Part shown: positions 38,927 through 48,273 of the stretch, piece by piece | How positions within the stretch are numbered: position 1 is the first letter of the stretch | How the letters are laid out: each line of letters begins with the position of its first letter | Origin: an uncultured Methanosarcinales archaeon | GTDB lineage: Archaea > Nanobdellota > Nanobdellia > Woesearchaeales > CAZYIM01 | DNA: 64,000 bases | Direction: 5' to 3' | Assembly: GCA_964647565.1 (NCBI GenBank) | Contig: CAZYIM010000011.1 | Coordinates: forward strand, 1 to 64,000 | Made by a program: the position numbers and the translations under genes | Notes under the pieces: generated by a model | What the model saw: the letters and a program-made list of their open reading frames with translations, nothing else | Told to the model about the DNA's origin: nothing | Database searches by the model: none

Positions 38927-39475
38927 ATGCAGTATGAACTATCAGATATCAAACATATCAGAAAAAAGCTAAACCTGACCCAAAAAGAGCTGGCCAAGAA
39001 GTCAGGAGTCTCCCAGTCACTGATTGCCAAGATAGAGAGTCACAAGATGGATCCCTCATTCTCAAACACCAAAAAGATATTCGAAACCCTTGACCTGCTG
39101 CAGCAAAAGTCATCATTAACAGCAAAAGAGATGATGCAGAACAAGATAATATCCTGTGAAGCTGACTCCACTATCAAGAATATCATCAAGAGGATGAAGA
39201 GATATGAGATCAGCCAGCTGCCGGTCATCGACCAAGACAAGGTCGTAGGAGTTATATCAGAGAAGATCATCCTGAAACATATCTTTGAAAAAGATGCTGC
39301 CAAAATGAAAGTCAGGGATGTCATGGAAGAAGCACCACCAATCGTATCTACGAATGCATCCCAGGAAATAGTATCCTATCTGCTCAGGCATTTCCAGATG
39401 GTCATTGTCAAGGAAAAGGGCGGATTAAAGGGTATAGTTACAAGAGCAGATATTCTCAGAAATGTCTACAAATAA
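38927..39475 (+). CDS. XRE-HTH plus CBS-pair regulator
   Basis: LTQKELAKKSGVSQSLIAKIE..DP HTH; ISQLPV and GIVTRAD CBS motifs. Confidence 0.9.
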   Translation: MQYELSDIKHIRKKLNLTQKELAKKSGVSQSLIAKIESHKMDPSFSNTKKIFETLDLLQQKSSLTAKEMMQNKIISCEADSTIKNIIKRMKRYEISQLPVIDQDKVVGVISEKIILKHIFEKDAAKMKVRDVMEEAPPIVSTNASQEIVSYLLRHFQMVIVKEKGGLKGIVTRADILRNVYK

Positions 39476-40136
39476 ACCAATAATCAAAGCAGCAATCTTT
39501 GACCTTGACGGCACTATAATCGATTCTGAACATTTAAACTATAAGAAAAACAGGATAGTCTTCAAGGAAATATGTAATCTCGATATTTCAAAAGAAGAAT
39601 ACATCCAAAGATGGCTGTTAGATCAATCCTTCACCAGGGGTGTTATCAGGGATTACAATCTCAACATAAAACCAGCGCAGTTGTTGGAGAAGAAATTAGA
39701 AATCAACAGGAAACTGGTTGATGATGAGCTAGAATTGATGCCTTATGCAGAAGAGACCCTTAAAGCTTTTTTCGAAGCAGGATATAAAATCGGCATGACA
39801 ACATCCAACAACTGGGGCAATCTTCCGATGATATTCGAAAAATTCCCTATCCAAAAATACTTCCATAAAATAATCACCTATGAAGATGTCAAGAATCCAA
39901 AACCCCACCCTGAACCTTATCAGAAGACTGCCAAAGCCTTGGGAGAGCATCCAAAAAATTGTGTAGTTTTCGAGGATAATCCTGCAGGAGTAAGATCTGC
40001 AAAAGAAGCAGGAATAGGCTTTATTGTCGGAGTGCCCTGCGAATATACCAAAAACATGGAATTCTCAGAAGCCGATCTGGTTATAAGCAACCTAAGAATG
40101 ATCCATGAATATCCGCATCTGATACCCTTAAAGTAG
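39462..40136 (+). CDS. HAD-family phosphatase (beta-PGM-like)
   Basis: FDLDGT, KPHPEPY and FEDN..G motifs. Confidence 0.9.
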   Translation: MSTNKPIIKAAIFDLDGTIIDSEHLNYKKNRIVFKEICNLDISKEEYIQRWLLDQSFTRGVIRDYNLNIKPAQLLEKKLEINRKLVDDELELMPYAEETLKAFFEAGYKIGMTTSNNWGNLPMIFEKFPIQKYFHKIITYEDVKNPKPHPEPYQKTAKALGEHPKNCVVFEDNPAGVRSAKEAGIGFIVGVPCEYTKNMEFSEADLVISNLRMIHEYPHLIPLK

Positions 40137-40835
40137 ACTTCTGACCTTGCCAAAGTCATACACCTTCTCACCGACTACAAAGACCTTGAAACCAGAGATA
40201 TCAGTGAGAAAGGGGCTTAATAATTTCTCCTTTAACACATCTGTTCCCTCTGTCACCAGGTTCAACGAAGGCATGACTATCAGATTCTTGTTCTTCCACT
40301 TACCCTTTAGAAAACATTTGTATTTCTCAGACCTAATCTCGTCCCTTATGCTTACAGCAGGATGCTCATGACCTATGATCACGGTCTTGGCCATATTGAA
40401 GTCCAGATCAGAAGGTATCTTATGACCGTGGCATACATAGTATCCTTTCTCATAATAATGATCGACTATTTCAATATCCCTTTTCTTGGCAATCGGCCCT
40501 AATATAGTGTCGTGGTTGCCCTTGATCAATATCAGTTTACCATAGCCCTGAAGAAAATCAATCAATTTTAGGGTGTTTCTCCATTCCTCGTCAGAGATAG
40601 TGCCAAATTCGTGCTTGATATCCCCATTCAGAACAATTTTTTCTGGTTTGACCTTCTCAAGAATAGGCTTAAGCCGCTCAATCAGCTCCTTATACTGGAA
40701 TCTCGGAACCAAAACACCTGTTTTATTGAGCTCTTCTTCATATCCTATATGAGAGTCGCCAACAATCAGAATATTTATTTTATTAAGAAATAAGCCCAGA
40801 TCCACAATCTCAATTCCTTTAAGAATCTCTATCAT
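40128..40835 (-). CDS. Archaeal metallophosphoesterase
   Basis: DSHIG, NGDIKH, GNHD, HGH and GHEHP motifs. Confidence 0.9.
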   Translation of the reverse strand: MIEILKGIEIVDLGLFLNKINILIVGDSHIGYEEELNKTGVLVPRFQYKELIERLKPILEKVKPEKIVLNGDIKHEFGTISDEEWRNTLKLIDFLQGYGKLILIKGNHDTILGPIAKKRDIEIVDHYYEKGYYVCHGHKIPSDLDFNMAKTVIIGHEHPAVSIRDEIRSEKYKCFLKGKWKNKNLIVMPSLNLVTEGTDVLKEKLLSPFLTDISGFKVFVVGEKVYDFGKVRSLL

Positions 40836-41338
40836 GTCTTTAATGGATTGAAATCAAGTTCTTTAAGTTTTTCCTTTATGAACTCAATTGTTCTTGCATT
40901 ATCCTGTTCATGCATGATCTGGCCGCATTCAGGACACTTGAAGTTGAATTCAAATGCATTGTCAAAAGCCATCCTTGCACAAGCATTCTTGCACATGTAG
41001 AAGATATTTGCAGCCTCTCTCATCAGGCGCTCGTTGAGTTTGGATATTTTGTTTTGCCGGATCTTTTCGGCGAGAATTGGAACCATGCCTTCGTTAAAAT
41101 CCCAATAACAGATGTACCATCCCTTGATCTTGTCTTTTTTTCTCAGGAAAGTGACGATGTTGTGCTCCAGGAGCCTATATAATAGGTTCCTTGTCTCATG
41201 AATCTCATAGTCAAGCTCTTCTGCTACAATAAATTCAGAGATTTTTTTCTTGCCTCTTAGATATAAAACTATAGGAATTCCTTCTGGACCTACCAACTCA
41301 GTGACCACTTGTTCGATTATCTGTTTTTTGACTCTCAT
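40832..41338 (-). CDS. tfe: Transcription factor E alpha subunit
   Basis: wHTH (R..LY.L....V...R.KD...GW....W) and zinc ribbon C...C...F..A....F.CPECG; DN motif. Confidence 0.85.
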   Translation of the reverse strand: MRVKKQIIEQVVTELVGPEGIPIVLYLRGKKKISEFIVAEELDYEIHETRNLLYRLLEHNIVTFLRKKDKIKGWYICYWDFNEGMVPILAEKIRQNKISKLNERLMREAANIFYMCKNACARMAFDNAFEFNFKCPECGQIMHEQDNARTIEFIKEKLKELDFNPLKT

Positions 41339-41714
41339 TTTGCACGCACCATGATTTTTAAAGATCTACCAGATCTCAACCGCACTGAGAGTGGAGTTAT
41401 ATTTCTGAAAAAAACAGGTCCAAACAAGCTATGTTTAAGCTTTTGAGCTAATTGTCCGATATGCTTATAGCTATTTTCCATTTTTATCATACTTTTAACA
41501 AGAAATACCCCCAAAGTATCTCTTAACAAAAACATACTATGAGATTTATCATTTATAAAGTTTTTGCTTTTTAGTGGTATTTCCCGACTATATTTTGCCA
41601 TATTTGTATATATTTCTATGGCGTCACTCTCACGTAGTATAATCGGCATATTATATTTATAGAAGTACTCATATTTAAATGTTTCGATTTTTATCACTTA
41701 TCAGAAGTAACAAA

Positions 41715-42590
41715 TTAACAAGGCTTGTTCATTCTCCCCATAATATCGCAGAGACTTGCATCCAAGGGCCCTGTATTCTCCATAGAAATCGTAGCTGCCA
41801 TCGACGCAAAATCGCCCCACAACAAAGGATCCTTGAAGGTCTGTTTGGCCATCAGGAAAGCAGCCATATAGGTATCTCCAGAACCAGTAGGATCTACAAT
41901 CTCCTTTGGCTTAAAAGGCTTGATGATATATTTTTCACCATGATGATAAAAGGTTGAGCCTTTAGAATTTTTTGTAATAATTAGATTCTCAAGACCTGTA
42001 TCTAAAAACGGTTTTGCAGCCTTGTCAAGCGTATCAGAACCTCCAATGAACTTAAGCTCGTCTTCATCTAGGAAGACATAGTTGAAAAAAGGCAGCACAT
42101 TGATGACATTTTCAGGATTCTTCCAGACAATCCTGCCATCCTCAACATAACGGATCATGCCCTGGGCAGCTAACACTAATGACGATGGAGCGATCTCCCC
42201 AACACTCTTGATGAGCTCATACGAGAAATGATCATGCAAAAGAGGGGCGAAAATAATATAAGGATGTCTGCTAATATCATCTTCAAGAATTTCCTCAAGC
42301 TCGATATTTTGAAAATATGGAGTGCAGCTGTCTTCCCTTTTGCCATCATCAAGATATTCTATCTGATATTTCAGGGTTTTTTGCGCCCGTATATGAAAAA
42401 GATATTCACATTCCAGCTGGTCAATCCAATCCTCAGGTTCCTCACCATAAGAAGCAATCAAAGTTACCTTTGCACCCATAGCTGTAAGTGCATTCCCAGC
42501 ATAATATAAAACTCCACCCATTCCAGAATAAGTCTCACCACCAATCTTCAGTTCATCTCTCGAAACAGGACCAATTATTGCTGCTTTCAT
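41715..42590 (-). CDS. PfkB-family carbohydrate kinase
   Basis: MGG..Y N-terminal motif; DPTGSGD signature. Confidence 0.85.
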   Translation of the reverse strand: MKAAIIGPVSRDELKIGGETYSGMGGVLYYAGNALTAMGAKVTLIASYGEEPEDWIDQLECEYLFHIRAQKTLKYQIEYLDDGKREDSCTPYFQNIELEEILEDDISRHPYIIFAPLLHDHFSYELIKSVGEIAPSSLVLAAQGMIRYVEDGRIVWKNPENVINVLPFFNYVFLDEDELKFIGGSDTLDKAAKPFLDTGLENLIITKNSKGSTFYHHGEKYIIKPFKPKEIVDPTGSGDTYMAAFLMAKQTFKDPLLWGDFASMAATISMENTGPLDASLCDIMGRMNKPC

Positions 42591-42638
42591 AGCAAAACAC
42601 CCAAAACCCTAATTTTAGAACATACTACTATATAAAAT

Positions 42639-43631
42639 TTACTTATCAATCCTAGGATAAACACCAGGATTCATAAAAACCTGGGAAGATTTCGCAGCAA
42701 CACCCTTCTCAGCCTTCAATATCTCCTTAGTGGTCATCACGGCCCTGCCAACTGCAATCAGCTCGCCTTTCAGGCTCATCAGAGCAACAGGATCATCGAC
42801 CTGAATCTCTGTATTCAGCTTAGAGACTCCAGGAGCCTTAAGAGTAGCGCCGTGGCAGAGAGCATCAACAGTGGTATCAAGCACCCATATCTTCTTGAGA
42901 TGAGCGACTGCAGATTCAACAGGCATGATGATCTTCTTCAAAAACTTTGCATCATTCTCCTCAGTATAATAATAAAAAGCATCTGTAAGATCCTGTAATG
43001 TAGTTAGGAGGCTAGCCTCATTAAAAGGACCTACCTTAGTCCTTCTAAGCTCTGCCATATGGGCTCCGCAGCCAAGCTCCTGACCAATATCATGGACCAA
43101 CTTTCGAATATATGTGCCAGCCTGGCAGCCGACCAAAAAAAGTACATCCTGATCCTGGCGTTCCAGCACTTTAATATAGTATATCTTACGAAAGCGCCAG
43201 GCCCTCTTTACAGAACTTTTGATAGGCGGAAGCTGCTTAATCTTACCAACAAATGCCTTCAAAACAGCATCAAGAGCCTTTTTATCCACCTCTTTATGAA
43301 GATGCATAAGGCATACATACTCCTTGCCCGCATTAAGCAGGGAATGGACGATACGGGTGGCTTTACCAAGAGCAACAATCAGGCATCCAGTGACCTTAGG
43401 ATCAAGAGTGCCGGAGTGACCTGTCTTGTTCAGGCCAAGTATCTTCTTGGTGTATGCAGATGTCTGGTGAGAAGTAGGGCCTGCAGGTTTATCAATATTA
43501 ACAACACCATAGTCAAGCAGCTCATCAATCTCCATATCTTCAGGAGGTTTTCCAAATTTGGAGCTGGTCTCAGCCGACTTCTTGACCACGATCTGATCCT
43601 CTTCTCGCTCAAACGGTAAAAGTGTTTCCAT
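42639..43631 (-). CDS. cbf5: Cbf5 (archaeal TruB-family) pseudouridine synthase
   Basis: DKPAGPTSH, GHSGTLDPKVTG, KEYVC and GTYIRKL motifs; PUA domain. Confidence 0.93.
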   Translation of the reverse strand: METLLPFEREEDQIVVKKSAETSSKFGKPPEDMEIDELLDYGVVNIDKPAGPTSHQTSAYTKKILGLNKTGHSGTLDPKVTGCLIVALGKATRIVHSLLNAGKEYVCLMHLHKEVDKKALDAVLKAFVGKIKQLPPIKSSVKRAWRFRKIYYIKVLERQDQDVLFLVGCQAGTYIRKLVHDIGQELGCGAHMAELRRTKVGPFNEASLLTTLQDLTDAFYYYTEENDAKFLKKIIMPVESAVAHLKKIWVLDTTVDALCHGATLKAPGVSKLNTEIQVDDPVALMSLKGELIAVGRAVMTTKEILKAEKGVAAKSSQVFMNPGVYPRIDK

Positions 43632-43656
43632 GCAAGACAAGAACTAGGTAGGTTTT

Positions 43657-44265
43657 TTATGTTTTGCGCTTCATCATACTTATACTCAGCTGATGATAGA
43701 CAGCCAGATAGTGGGGATAGATCTCCTGATGGAAAGCAGGAATATAGCCACAGATGTCCCCTCCAAGAATCTTTTTCTGTTCACCAACACCCCGGATAAA
43801 ATCTAAGACCTCGACCTGAGTTTTGGTTGGCGAAAAGAAAAAATGACTGCCCATTTCACAGTAACCAGCATGATTGGAAACACATTCAAGCTCCTTGATA
43901 ACATCAAGATCAGTGCTTATATAGACATACTTTGTGGGTATTTCAGACATCATCTCCTCAATACTATCGCTTTTAGGATGTATGATCTTCTTTTGGAAAT
44001 CATCAGAACCCCAGGTCGGAGCATCAACCCCATAGAAAAGAGCGCCTTTCACATTTGGCGGATGAATTAAAAAAGGCACAAATGTAGCACAATCCCATTC
44101 AGCACCACTATCACAATCACAATGCGCATCTATATGTATATAGGTGAAATCCTGTTCAATACCCTCGACAAAATTGTCTGTATACTGATGGTTTGTATTC
44201 GGACCATTAACAACAATAAAGTTTCCATCAGGTTTATTATCATCATCAAATTGCTTCAACTGCAC
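43657..44265 (-). CDS. Short arginase/ureohydrolase-like protein
   Basis: NH, HIDAHCD and YISTDLDV metal-binding motifs. Confidence 0.6.
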   Translation of the reverse strand: MQLKQFDDDNKPDGNFIVVNGPNTNHQYTDNFVEGIEQDFTYIHIDAHCDCDSGAEWDCATFVPFLIHPPNVKGALFYGVDAPTWGSDDFQKKIIHPKSDSIEEMMSEIPTKYVYISTDLDVIKELECVSNHAGYCEMGSHFFFSPTKTQVEVLDFIRGVGEQKKILGGDICGYIPAFHQEIYPHYLAVYHQLSISMMKRKT

Positions 44266-44306
44266 ACTAGAATTAGAAAAACCCTCAACCAGGTCTTCAA
44301 TACCAC

Positions 44307-44795
44307 TTACTTTTTTAAAGTATCCTGTAGGGATTTTCTCATGTAGAATGGCCTATCACCTTGATATTGGTTTTCGAGTCTGAAATTCGCGTTGTGTATG
44401 ATCGCATCACTCCAGAATTTGAAATCTTTCACCTCTTCATCCCACTGCACCCGTATTTCACCGCCGTCAACATCGCTTATTGTGCAGCTCTTGTTGTTCT
44501 CGTCTTTCTCAAGCTGCTCTACTCTGGCACCCCACCAATGGTAGGAGAATATCTGAGTATATTGCTTACCTTCACCCTTCCCAGTCAGTATGTATAGATA
44601 GTTGAATTGAGAATTGTCCCTCTGGACATAGATATCGATGCTGCCAGTCTGAATCTGATCTGTAATATCATCCTTGTTAAAATCCATTCTTTGTTCAAGA
44701 GGATACTTTTTTTGCTGATAGCTCTGCTGAGCTGATAATCCCGCCCCAAATAGAATGGTGAACAAAGTTGGAAGCAGGAAATTTCTGAGTTTCAT
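44307..44795 (-). CDS. Secreted hypothetical protein
   Basis: Signal-peptide-like N-terminus; DFNKD.I.D Ca-binding-like motif. Confidence 0.6.
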   Translation of the reverse strand: MKLRNFLLPTLFTILFGAGLSAQQSYQQKKYPLEQRMDFNKDDITDQIQTGSIDIYVQRDNSQFNYLYILTGKGEGKQYTQIFSYHWWGARVEQLEKDENNKSCTISDVDGGEIRVQWDEEVKDFKFWSDAIIHNANFRLENQYQGDRPFYMRKSLQDTLKK

Positions 44796-44911
44796 TCTCT
44801 AAGCGTAGAAATCTGGCTATTTATAAAAAGATTGTGCTAAAATTGTTAGAAGTAGCTATTAGAGTATAATAAACCATTTAAATGTCAAAGTCTCAGACTT
44901 AGGGAACAGTA

Positions 44912-45556
44912 ATGTCTAGGGAAGGGCTAGAAGGGTTAACTGACGGGGGGGACGCTAGTTTTAAAGCCATGATTGAAGTGAAGCGTAAATGCGTCAAAAC
45001 TTCTTCTTTATTGATCAAACAAAGGAATAAATATAACTCTATGCGAAAGAAACATCATATAAATGCAGATATAGGCATCATCTACAATAACGGTAAAAAA
45101 CAGTTCCAGACAGTGGATTTTGTGCTCAAGATCGAAAGATTCAACAAACCACTTGTCCTGGACACCTTTGAAGAGGCTTATGAACGAGCCAAGGGCAAAC
45201 CAAAAAAAAGCGAAGAGCAAATCTGGGACTCACTAACCTATATAGGCAACGGACATTTTCAGGACTTCCTTATGGATTTCATCAAGGGACGAGACAATTA
45301 TTTCAACAGGAATCTATGCCCTGATATGAGTCTAGAATACAAGTCTGGAGTCATCGGCAATATACGAGGTCATTTCCTTGAGATATACTGCAAGAATGTG
45401 TTCCAAAAAGAGCTTCCGAATGCTAAAATATTCGTAGGAAACCACATTGACAACAGCGTATCCAAGACAGACGTCGACATCCTGATCGCCAATGTCTCCA
45501 GAGATCAATTCTACAACTGTCTCAACCACTCCAAATACTTCAAGAAGATGGTATAG
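44912..45556 (+). CDS. Hypothetical protein (weak nuclease-like motifs)
   Basis: 214-aa ORF with its own TATA-like box; G.FLE and DVDILI motifs. Confidence 0.55.
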   Translation: MSREGLEGLTDGGDASFKAMIEVKRKCVKTSSLLIKQRNKYNSMRKKHHINADIGIIYNNGKKQFQTVDFVLKIERFNKPLVLDTFEEAYERAKGKPKKSEEQIWDSLTYIGNGHFQDFLMDFIKGRDNYFNRNLCPDMSLEYKSGVIGNIRGHFLEIYCKNVFQKELPNAKIFVGNHIDNSVSKTDVDILIANVSRDQFYNCLNHSKYFKKMV

Positions 45557-45597
45557 GGATAGAGTTAGTTCTAAGAAAAGTAAATAGACTCCATTAG

Positions 45598-45713
45598 AAA
45601 TAGCAACACCGATGGCACAGACGCACTCCTCGGAGGAGTGCTACTCCGCTGACCAGAACACTATACCCCGCGTATAGTAACCTGGTAAGCTACGTCTGGC
45701 CATGTTGCTATTT
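45598..45713 (-). ncRNA. Structured intergenic element B (relative of element A)
   Basis: Perfect 11-bp inverted repeat AAATAGCAACA/TGTTGCTATTT. The minus strand shares CATGGCCAGRC...GAGTA-[8-bp triloop stem]-GTCTGTGCCAT with element A. Confidence 0.6.
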
Positions 45714-45748
45714 ACTCTCGAACCATATCTAGAAATCCAAGTTTTTTC

Positions 45749-46291
45749 TTACAGCTTTGTCCTTACAGCCTTATCAGAAATAATAGCAGAGTTGCCATTA
45801 GGATCCTCAAGAGTCATCTTGACCTTTTCCTGGCCCCACATCAATCTTGTCAGCTTCTTGAGAATATTCTTAGCCTTTTTCTTGGCAGCAGGATCCTCTT
45901 CTTCATCTCGGAGAAACTCCACCTGCTTTTTTAGCCTGTTTAAGATGCCCTCAATATTAGTGATGTAGCCATTAGATGCTTCGCCAGGCTCAATCGACCC
46001 TACATGAGGTATCTTGATTATGGCTGTGCTTGACTTCACAATCCTTATCTTCATGTCTTCCTCAGAATCGATCTCGAGCGTAAACTTGGCAGGCTCTTTT
46101 GGTTCAGCAGACTCCACATCTGCTTTATGGTAGCCGCAGCTAGAGCAGTCCATCATAAAGATACACAAGACGCCAAAGTAAGGCACTTCCTTGTCAAACT
46201 CCCTGAGTGTCAGGGTTTTATGATTACAGAAAGGGCATGTCTCGCCAGAAAGCTCTTCAATATTTTCTCCAACTGTTTCTTCTTTTGCCAT
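45749..46291 (-). CDS. ZPR1 zinc-finger protein
   Basis: CPFC, VPYFG, CSSCGY, R.VKSS, ITNIEG and DPNGNS motifs. Confidence 0.92.
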   Translation of the reverse strand: MAKEETVGENIEELSGETCPFCNHKTLTLREFDKEVPYFGVLCIFMMDCSSCGYHKADVESAEPKEPAKFTLEIDSEEDMKIRIVKSSTAIIKIPHVGSIEPGEASNGYITNIEGILNRLKKQVEFLRDEEEDPAAKKKAKNILKKLTRLMWGQEKVKMTLEDPNGNSAIISDKAVRTKL

Positions 46292-46384
46292 TAACTGAAA
46301 TTCTAGACAAATGTTTTTAAATAGTTTTCTATGTTACAAAATAATGTATTAGAAAAGATGTATTTAGAAAAATACAATAAAAAA

Positions 46385-46786
46385 CTATTCTTCGCCTTCA
46401 ACAGATGTAGTCTGCTTGGTCCTGTAGATCTCAGCAAAGCTTGGTGTGACAACTATGAAATCATCGCCAAATCCTGCAATGTCTCCCTCGATGGCGTCAC
46501 AGGTCTTCTTGAGCTTATTTATAGCTCTCTTAAGCTCAACTAGATCTTTATCCTTCAAAGCTCTTATATTGACCAATGCGATTGTATAGCCCTCTCTTAG
46601 AGAGTCTAGAATTGCTTTTATATCTGAGAAATCCTCCATCACAAAAGGCCTCACCACTATCTTCGAGGTTCTGTCTGGCTGCTCTGACTCAGTATCCAAC
46701 TCCACATATTCGTCTTCGCTCTCGACTTCTTCGTCTTCATCATAGAACTGTTTCTTAAATCGTTTTAGTGAAAACAACTTTTTCAT
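46385..46786 (-). CDS. sepF: Cell division protein SepF (archaeal type)
   Basis: EYVEL, LREG..I.LVNI and GDIAG....IVVTP motifs. Confidence 0.85.
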   Translation of the reverse strand: MKKLFSLKRFKKQFYDEDEEVESEDEYVELDTESEQPDRTSKIVVRPFVMEDFSDIKAILDSLREGYTIALVNIRALKDKDLVELKRAINKLKKTCDAIEGDIAGFGDDFIVVTPSFAEIYRTKQTTSVEGEE

Positions 46787-46925
46787 CTTGGAACCCTCCA
46801 ATATTAAACCAACTAATTATAACCAACTGAATAATCAAAAAAAGCCCATACTTATATAAAAAGCTTTTGGTTTCTAACAGGTGGAGAAACTAAAAGTCAA
46901 GGAACGACAGAGTTTTGTTTTTAAG

Positions 46926-47306
46926 CTAATGCAAATATGCCACTCCAAACTTGCTCAGAGAAACTATTGTCCCGCCAAGACTCCCAGCGCTAGTATTTTT
47001 CTTCTCTTTTGGAAACAATTCATCAATTGAGACAGGCTCATCGTACTGCTTGGCAGCAGACAGTCCCTGGCTAATGTTTATTACAACGCCTGTAGCGTCT
47101 GAGTTGGAACTATAAGTATTTAGGCCAGGATATTTGGGAACTTCAACCTCTTTAAGGTTCAGATTTCTTGTCAGCGCATATTTATTGTCAACAGGAGGAA
47201 TCGCATATTGTTCTTGTTTTGCTATCCTGCCTATATTAGAGATAAATATTATGCCTGCGCATACCAAAGGTATAATATAACTTCGCTTTCTTCGCACATT
47301 TCTCAT
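46926..47306 (-). CDS. Membrane-anchored hypothetical protein
   Basis: GGTGG before ATG 47306; basic N-terminus then a hydrophobic stretch. Confidence 0.5.
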   Translation of the reverse strand: MRNVRRKRSYIIPLVCAGIIFISNIGRIAKQEQYAIPPVDNKYALTRNLNLKEVEVPKYPGLNTYSSNSDATGVVINISQGLSAAKQYDEPVSIDELFPKEKKNTSAGSLGGTIVSLSKFGVAYLH

Positions 47307-47352
47307 TATCAACCACCATTCCAATATAAGACAGAATTCTATATATAGTTTT

Positions 47353-48234
47353 CTATTTCTTGTGGAAAACAAGAGCTATTGCTCCCAACACACCAGATGA
47401 ATCTCCGAGCTTATTCCTGACAATTTTTACATGCTTTGCAGGGGCAGACATAGCTTTTTTCTTTATCACTTTGTACAATTTTGTTGTATTCAATGAATTG
47501 CTTATTCCACCACCCAAAACAATAACATCAGGATTGAGCAGGTTAACTATTATTGAAAGCCCTTGTCCAAGTCGGGTATAAAGCAGTTTAATTGTTTTCT
47601 TGGCTGCTTGATCTTTAGACTTGAAAAGAGATTTTACATCCAGGTCTTGCTTACCTCTAAAAGACTTGTAATGTTTTAGCAGGTTAGGCCCTGAGCAAAA
47701 GGACTCTACACTACCTTTCCGACCTCTATTATCTGCAATTTTTGAGAAAGGATCAATTATACATTGTCCAAGGTGACCTGCAGAATCAAGAATACCCCTA
47801 TACATCTCGCCATTCACGATAATCCCTCCACCGACACCTGTCCCAACTATCAGGCCAAACACATTTTGCCTGCCTTTTGCAGCTCCAAACATATATTCTG
47901 CCAAAGCAAAGCAGTTTGCATCGTTTTCAACTACAACAGGAATACTAAGCTTATTTTGGAGCATTTGACGGATTTTTAATCCTCCAATAGAGGGGATATT
48001 ACCACAGCCTTCAACCTTATCATCAATAAGATAACCAGGCATGCTTATTCCAACTCCTACAATAGGTTTAATCTTGAGCTTCTTGATAACAGAAACAATC
48101 CTATCTATAATCTTGTCAGCAGAGCTCCTAGCCCGGGTCTCTGTGCGCATCTTCAGAACAACATTCCCTTTCTGATCAGCAAGGACACCCTCAATCTTAG
48201 TTCCCCCTATATCAAGACCAATGGCATATTTCAC
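47353..48234 (-). CDS. ROK-family sugar kinase
   Basis: DIGGTK, ENDAN, GTGVGGG and LGGG motifs; the usual Cys-rich zinc motif appears degenerate. Confidence 0.9.
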   Translation of the reverse strand: MKYAIGLDIGGTKIEGVLADQKGNVVLKMRTETRARSSADKIIDRIVSVIKKLKIKPIVGVGISMPGYLIDDKVEGCGNIPSIGGLKIRQMLQNKLSIPVVVENDANCFALAEYMFGAAKGRQNVFGLIVGTGVGGGIIVNGEMYRGILDSAGHLGQCIIDPFSKIADNRGRKGSVESFCSGPNLLKHYKSFRGKQDLDVKSLFKSKDQAAKKTIKLLYTRLGQGLSIIVNLLNPDVIVLGGGISNSLNTTKLYKVIKKKAMSAPAKHVKIVRNKLGDSSGVLGAIALVFHKK

Positions 48235-48273
48235 AATAAGAATAATAGAAAAAGGAATATATAAATATTGTCA

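Noticed and set aside
41335..41697. 120-aa minus-strand ORF upstream of tfe
   Set aside because: No recognisable motif, low-complexity AT-rich sequence with TATA-like boxes inside; more likely promoter/leader DNA, though not excluded.
45598..45713. tRNA or hairpin/twister ribozyme
   Set aside because: No T-loop GTTCRA or cloverleaf. The ACCAG/CTGGT helix lacks the conserved hairpin-ribozyme loop B, and the twister core is absent.
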